A stretch of 64,000 nucleotides of DNA, from NCBI GenBank assembly GCA_963788655.1, contig CAWBHS010000057.1, forward strand, positions 96,001 through 160,000, written 5' to 3'. The notes under the pieces are model-generated. The model saw only the letters and a program-made list of their open reading frames with translations. It was not told where the DNA came from and searched no databases. A program made the position numbers and the translations under genes. This DNA comes from an uncultured Verrucomicrobiae bacterium (GTDB taxonomy: Bacteria > Verrucomicrobiota > Verrucomicrobiia > Limisphaerales > JAFGQR01). How positions within the stretch are numbered: the stretch's first letter is position 1; every line of letters begins with the position of its first letter. Shown piece after piece: positions 60,102-64,000 of this stretch.

Positions 60102-61631
60102 ATGGTTGCTTTGGGCGGGACATTGTCGGAACGGGAGCAACGCTTCGACCGTTGGCGGCGGCGACTGGGCCGGCTGCTGGGGCCCATGGTGTTCTTATTG
60201 GTGTGGTTTCTACCGCTCAGCAGCTTGGACGTACCGGCGCACCGGTTGTTGGCGGTCTTCGGCCTGGTCGTCACCTTTTGGGTTACTGAGGCCATTCCCT
60301 TGCCAGTCACCGCGCTGCTCGGACCGGCTTTGTGCGTGGTGTGCGGCGTGGCCACCGGCAAGGAGGTGTTCAAGAACTTCGGGCATCCGATCATCTTTTT
60401 GTTTCTCGGCAGCTTTCTGTTGGCGCAAGGCATGTTTCGTCACGGTCTCAACCGGCGGATTGCCTTTGGCATTATCGGCCTGAAAGGTGTGGGCCAGAAT
60501 CCTGCGCTGCTGCTGGGGGCCTTTGGTGGCATTACGGCTTTCCTGTCGATGTGGATTTCGAATACCACGTCCGCGGCCATGATGTTTCCCATCGGCACCG
60601 CGATTCTCAGCGAAATGGCTCGCCAGCAAGCCCAGCAAACCGGGCGGGAAATCCATTTCACCCAGTTGAAATACGGCACGGGCCTGATGCTCACCACGGC
60701 GTTCGCAGCGTCCATTGGCGGACTGGCTACACCCGTGGGCACACCGCCCAATTTGATCGGCATCAGTCAGCTCGAAAAAGCCGGGATCATCAACATTACC
60801 TTCTTCCAATGGATGGCGCTTGGACTTCCGTTGGCCGTGGCGCTGACCATCTTTCTTGTGCTTTACCTTGGCCGCGCCTGTCCCGCCGAAGCCAGTTTTT
60901 CGGGCGCAAATCCAGCTTGGATTCAACAGGAAAAAGCCAAGCTTGGCTCGATGTCCCGCGGTGAACTCAATGTTTGCATTGCCTTCGGAATTACCGTTGC
61001 GCTGTGGTTGCTGCCGGGAATCGCCAGCCTGGTGCTGGGCAGTGAATCACCGGCGTATCAGTGGTTGCGCGGCCACGTGCCCGAAAGTGTCGCTGCGCTC
61101 ATCGGAGCGACGCTCCTGTTTCTGTTGCCCGTCAAGGCAAGCGACGGAGAATTCACCCTCCGCTGGGCCGATGCCGGACAAATCGATTGGGGAACCATCC
61201 TGCTCTTCGGTGGCGGCTTGGCGTTGGGCGAAGTCATGTTTTCGACCGGGCTGGCCAAATGGGCCGGCGAAGGTCTGGTGGATGTTTTTCAAGTTCATTC
61301 CTCGCTCGGTCTGACGGTGTTGTTCGCGGTCGTCGGCGTTTTGTTGACCGAAACAACCTCGAACACTGCGTCCGCCACGATGATCGTTCCGGTGGCCATT
61401 GCGGTCGCGCAAGCCGCAAAGATCAATCCGGTGCCGCCGGCGCTGGCTGCGTGTCTGGGCGCTTCGCTGGCGTTCATGCTGCCGGTATCCACCCCACCCA
61501 ACGCCATCGTATTCGGGTCTGGCTGCGTGCCGCTGACGAAGATGGTGCGCCACGGCGTGGTGGTGGACATTGTCGGCGTCGTCCTGATCGTGGCCATCGT
61601 TCAGTGGTGGGTGCCGGTGGTTTTCATGTAG
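60102..61631 (+). CDS. SLC13/DASS family anion permease
   Basis: WVTEAIPLPVT, SMWISNT, GTPPN, IDWGTILLFGGG, ETTSNTA, STPPNAI. Confidence 0.93.
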   Translation: MVALGGTLSEREQRFDRWRRRLGRLLGPMVFLLVWFLPLSSLDVPAHRLLAVFGLVVTFWVTEAIPLPVTALLGPALCVVCGVATGKEVFKNFGHPIIFLFLGSFLLAQGMFRHGLNRRIAFGIIGLKGVGQNPALLLGAFGGITAFLSMWISNTTSAAMMFPIGTAILSEMARQQAQQTGREIHFTQLKYGTGLMLTTAFAASIGGLATPVGTPPNLIGISQLEKAGIINITFFQWMALGLPLAVALTIFLVLYLGRACPAEASFSGANPAWIQQEKAKLGSMSRGELNVCIAFGITVALWLLPGIASLVLGSESPAYQWLRGHVPESVAALIGATLLFLLPVKASDGEFTLRWADAGQIDWGTILLFGGGLALGEVMFSTGLAKWAGEGLVDVFQVHSSLGLTVLFAVVGVLLTETTSNTASATMIVPVAIAVAQAAKINPVPPALAACLGASLAFMLPVSTPPNAIVFGSGCVPLTKMVRHGVVVDIVGVVLIVAIVQWWVPVVFM

Positions 61632-61699
61632 TTGGGCGCCGGTTGATTTCGGCCTTCGGATTTCGGGTTAGCTTGGTTCCGCCACGTTAGTTCCTGGGC

Positions 61700-62065
61700 T
61701 ATAATGGAGTATTTGCTGGCAAAAGAGGATCCCACGGCGGATGAAGTACCATGCTGAGTACAGTAAAGAAAGTCTAAACAATTCGAAAAGGTTTTGGGCA
61801 ATAAGGGTGAGAAGGCTTTGCGTGCGCTCTTGACGGAATCCGCCATAAAGCTAAAAAGGTTATTGGCACAAACGGCATGAGCATCGCGACAGGGAACGTC
61901 TCCAGATTGCGTTCGCGATCGGCTTGGAGAACGAAGGAACTGCACCCGCAGAATATGTAGGCATTCATTTGCATTTTCCTGACGGCTTTCAGCTTTTTGA
62001 GGGAGACGATTACGTTTCGGAAGCTCCCGATCCAAACCCGGCTAACCGACCTGGCAGTAAGCTGT
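61700..62065 (+). pseudogene. Degraded AT-richer gene remnant (possibly C-terminal part of a PIN-like domain protein)
   Basis: Interrupted frames; segment IAFAIGLENEGTAPAEYVGIHLHFPDGFQLFEGDD looks protein-like; visibly lower GC than flanks. Family assignment is tentative. Confidence 0.3.
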
Positions 62066-62081
62066 TTGGTATGCAGGGTGA

Positions 62082-62588
62082 TCATCGGGGACTCAAAACG
62101 TGATTCCAGTCAGACCGCAGGTAGTCTCCCAATTGGTAACTACTCGTGAACAACACTTGCCCATCGTAAAGCAGGATGTTGCCGCGGCGCTCATGAATCC
62201 CCGGCTGCCAGCGTGAAGGTATCCCGGAACGTTGTCCGCTCGGGTCCAGAAGCCCGGCCGCCGTGACCCCACTGGAACAATTCCGATTAGACCCACCCAC
62301 GTCAATGTTCCGATCCGCCGCGACCAACAACCGCAGCCGGCTCGGCCTCACCTCCAGGCCCACCAAATAGCTCAGCGCATGATTGCGGAAGGTCGGATTC
62401 ATGAAGCCTCCCTCCGCCGTCGTCGAGAAGTCGCGGGCCACGCGCGCGGTGTCGTCGTCCGGGCAGGCCAGGATGCGCGGCGTGCCCAGCTCATTGGAAA
62501 TCCAGGCGTAGTGGAACCAAGCATTGTTGATGAAGCCACGCCAGTCGGGCAAGGGCGTCTCGCCGCACGTCGTCACATTGATTTGCAA
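62082..62588 (-). pseudogene. C-terminal part of a verrucomicrobial pilin-like H-X9-DG protein lacking its prepilin N-terminus
   Basis: SNELGTPRILACPDD, LSYLVG, AADRNI, H-ERRGNILLY-DG motif; no FTLIELL leader found upstream. Confidence 0.65.
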
Positions 62589-62723
62589 TCCGCCCGCGCA
62601 ATAGGGCGTGCGGATGGGACAGCATCCTCATCTGTCTCGAATCGCCAAGAACATCCTCCCCTGTTGGTGATCTGGAAAGACTTCCTACGCCGCGGTGCAA
62701 ATCGATGGTTGGCAGTCGTTCGA

Positions 62724-62746
62724 GACCGGCGGGACGCCCGTCCTAC
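62724..62746 (-). repeat. GTAG-type REP
   Basis: Reverse complement GTAGGACGGGCGTCCCGCCGGTC, same family as 48265. Confidence 0.6.
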
Positions 62747-63183
62747 TGAATTGTCACGGCGACGGAGATCAGCCTCTCCGCACGTTGACCCAAGATTCGA
62801 CACACGATCGTCGCGGGCACGAGTGGAGTTGGGCGGTGCGATGGGCCAAATCTTTACGCACTTTCAGAATGGGAACGGGTTTTGATTGCCCGACCCGCGG
62901 AGCGCGCGTTTCCCTTGATTTGCCCTGGTCAATGTTCTTCTTGGCTCCCAGCCCTTCTGGGCACGAAACGACGGCATCACTCTTGCTTAATTTACCCGGA
63001 TTTTTTGAAACCATTTTGAGCGTCGGCAGGCAAAACTTGAATCAAGAACGGTGTTCGGGAAAACTCTGGTTGACCGGGCTGTGCCCACCTGCCAAACCTG
63101 TGGACGGCAGATTTGTGGTGACCCGCGGTATTTCGATGGCTGAGTACTTTGGTGGCAATTCAGATTCTGAATAATCAAGCGTG

Positions 63184-64000
63184 ATGTTCCAGCATGTGGA
63201 CACAAAGAATCCGGCGGCGGTCGAACTGGCAGTCCGACGGATTTACGCCGCGATGTTTCCGCAGCGCGAGGCCGGATTTGTGGCGCGTGCCTTTGACTGG
63301 GCGCGCCAGTGTTTTGAAGGGCGATATGATGATTATCAGGCCATCGACGCTTGGTACCATGATTTCGAGCACACCCTCCAAGGCACACTGTGCCTGGCGC
63401 AGCTCCTCGCCGGCCGGCATCGAGCCGGGGCCCATCCCACCATGACCGCACGCATGTTTGAATTGGGATTGCTGGCCATTCTTTTCCACGATACCGGCTA
63501 CCTCAAAAAGCGAGACGATCCGAAAGGCACCGGCGCCAAATACACGCTGATTCACGTGGGGCGCAGTGCCATGTTCGCCAAAGAATTCTTGACCGGTCAA
63601 CATTACTCGCCGGAAGACATCACCGCGGTGCAAAACATGATCCGCTGCACTGGCGTGAATGCCGACGTCACGGCAATTCTGTTCCGCACCGAACTCGAAA
63701 TGTTGGTGGGATTCGCCTTGGGCACGGCCGATTTGCTGGGCCAGATGGCCGCCCACGATTACGTCGAAAAACTGCCCATCCTTTATCTTGAGTTTGCGGA
63801 AACTGCCCGCGCAGGCGGCGAGCAGGCCGCCCGTTTTGCCGCCTATACCAGCGCCGACGTGTTAATGAAGAAGACGCCCGGATTCTGGGAGGGTTACGTC
63901 CGGCAACGCATCGAATTGGATTTTATTGGGCTGTACAAATACCTGAATGACCCCTATCCGGACGGCCCGAATCCTTACCTCCAGCGAATCGAGGAAAACA
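63184..64000 (+). CDS. HD-domain metal-dependent phosphohydrolase, 3'-truncated by window
   Basis: Manual translation gives MFQHVDTKNP...YHDFEHTLQ...LFHDTGYLK...HVGRS...GTADLLGQ; open to the window end. Confidence 0.88.
   Translation, partial: MFQHVDTKNPAAVELAVRRIYAAMFPQREAGFVARAFDWARQCFEGRYDDYQAIDAWYHDFEHTLQGTLCLAQLLAGRHRAGAHPTMTARMFELGLLAILFHDTGYLKKRDDPKGTGAKYTLIHVGRSAMFAKEFLTGQHYSPEDITAVQNMIRCTGVNADVTAILFRTELEMLVGFALGTADLLGQMAAHDYVEKLPILYLEFAETARAGGEQAARFAAYTSADVLMKKTPGFWEGYVRQRIELDFIGLYKYLNDPYPDGPNPYLQRIEEN

Overview
A GC-rich bacterial chromosomal segment, most likely Verrucomicrobiota (Pedosphaera-like). This is inferred from the lamin-tail/CotH giant protein, H-X9-DG pilin-like proteins, PVC-type multiheme protein, sulfatase and REP-like palindromes. 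Scattered single-base indels split about a dozen genes, probably long-read assembly errors, and nrdJ has a dense cluster of them. Core-like flanks are 1-15.7 kb (multiheme cytochrome c fusion, sulfatase, 2.6 kaa CotH/LTD surface protein, cinA, ferredoxin) and 40.8-64 kb (metF, GT2, CPBP, PhoD, Tat-signal DegT aminotransferase, S8 peptidase, class II RNR nrdJ with NrdR/DnaA boxes, SLC13 permease, HD protein). Between them lie a general-stress island at about 15.9-37.4 kb (Mn-catalase remnant, topoisomerase IB, two SDRs, CYP152, cation/H+ antiporter, AI-2E, GH15, two DUF892 ferritin-like genes, YeeE/YedE pair, MscS, MBL-rhodanese, DUF3175, PRC-barrel/BON, DUF362, DUF4396), a VOC/SRPBCC cluster and an HsdS scar. 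The most notable signal is non-coding. Seven sigma54-type -24/-12 promoters lie in the island's intergenic regions, five with a variant GGCT -12 element. Five of these intergenic regions carry a tandem pair of TGCA-N3-TGCA palindromes spaced 32-33 bp apart, about 65-115 bp upstream of a promoter. This suggests a sigma54/enhancer-binding-protein-controlled general stress regulon.
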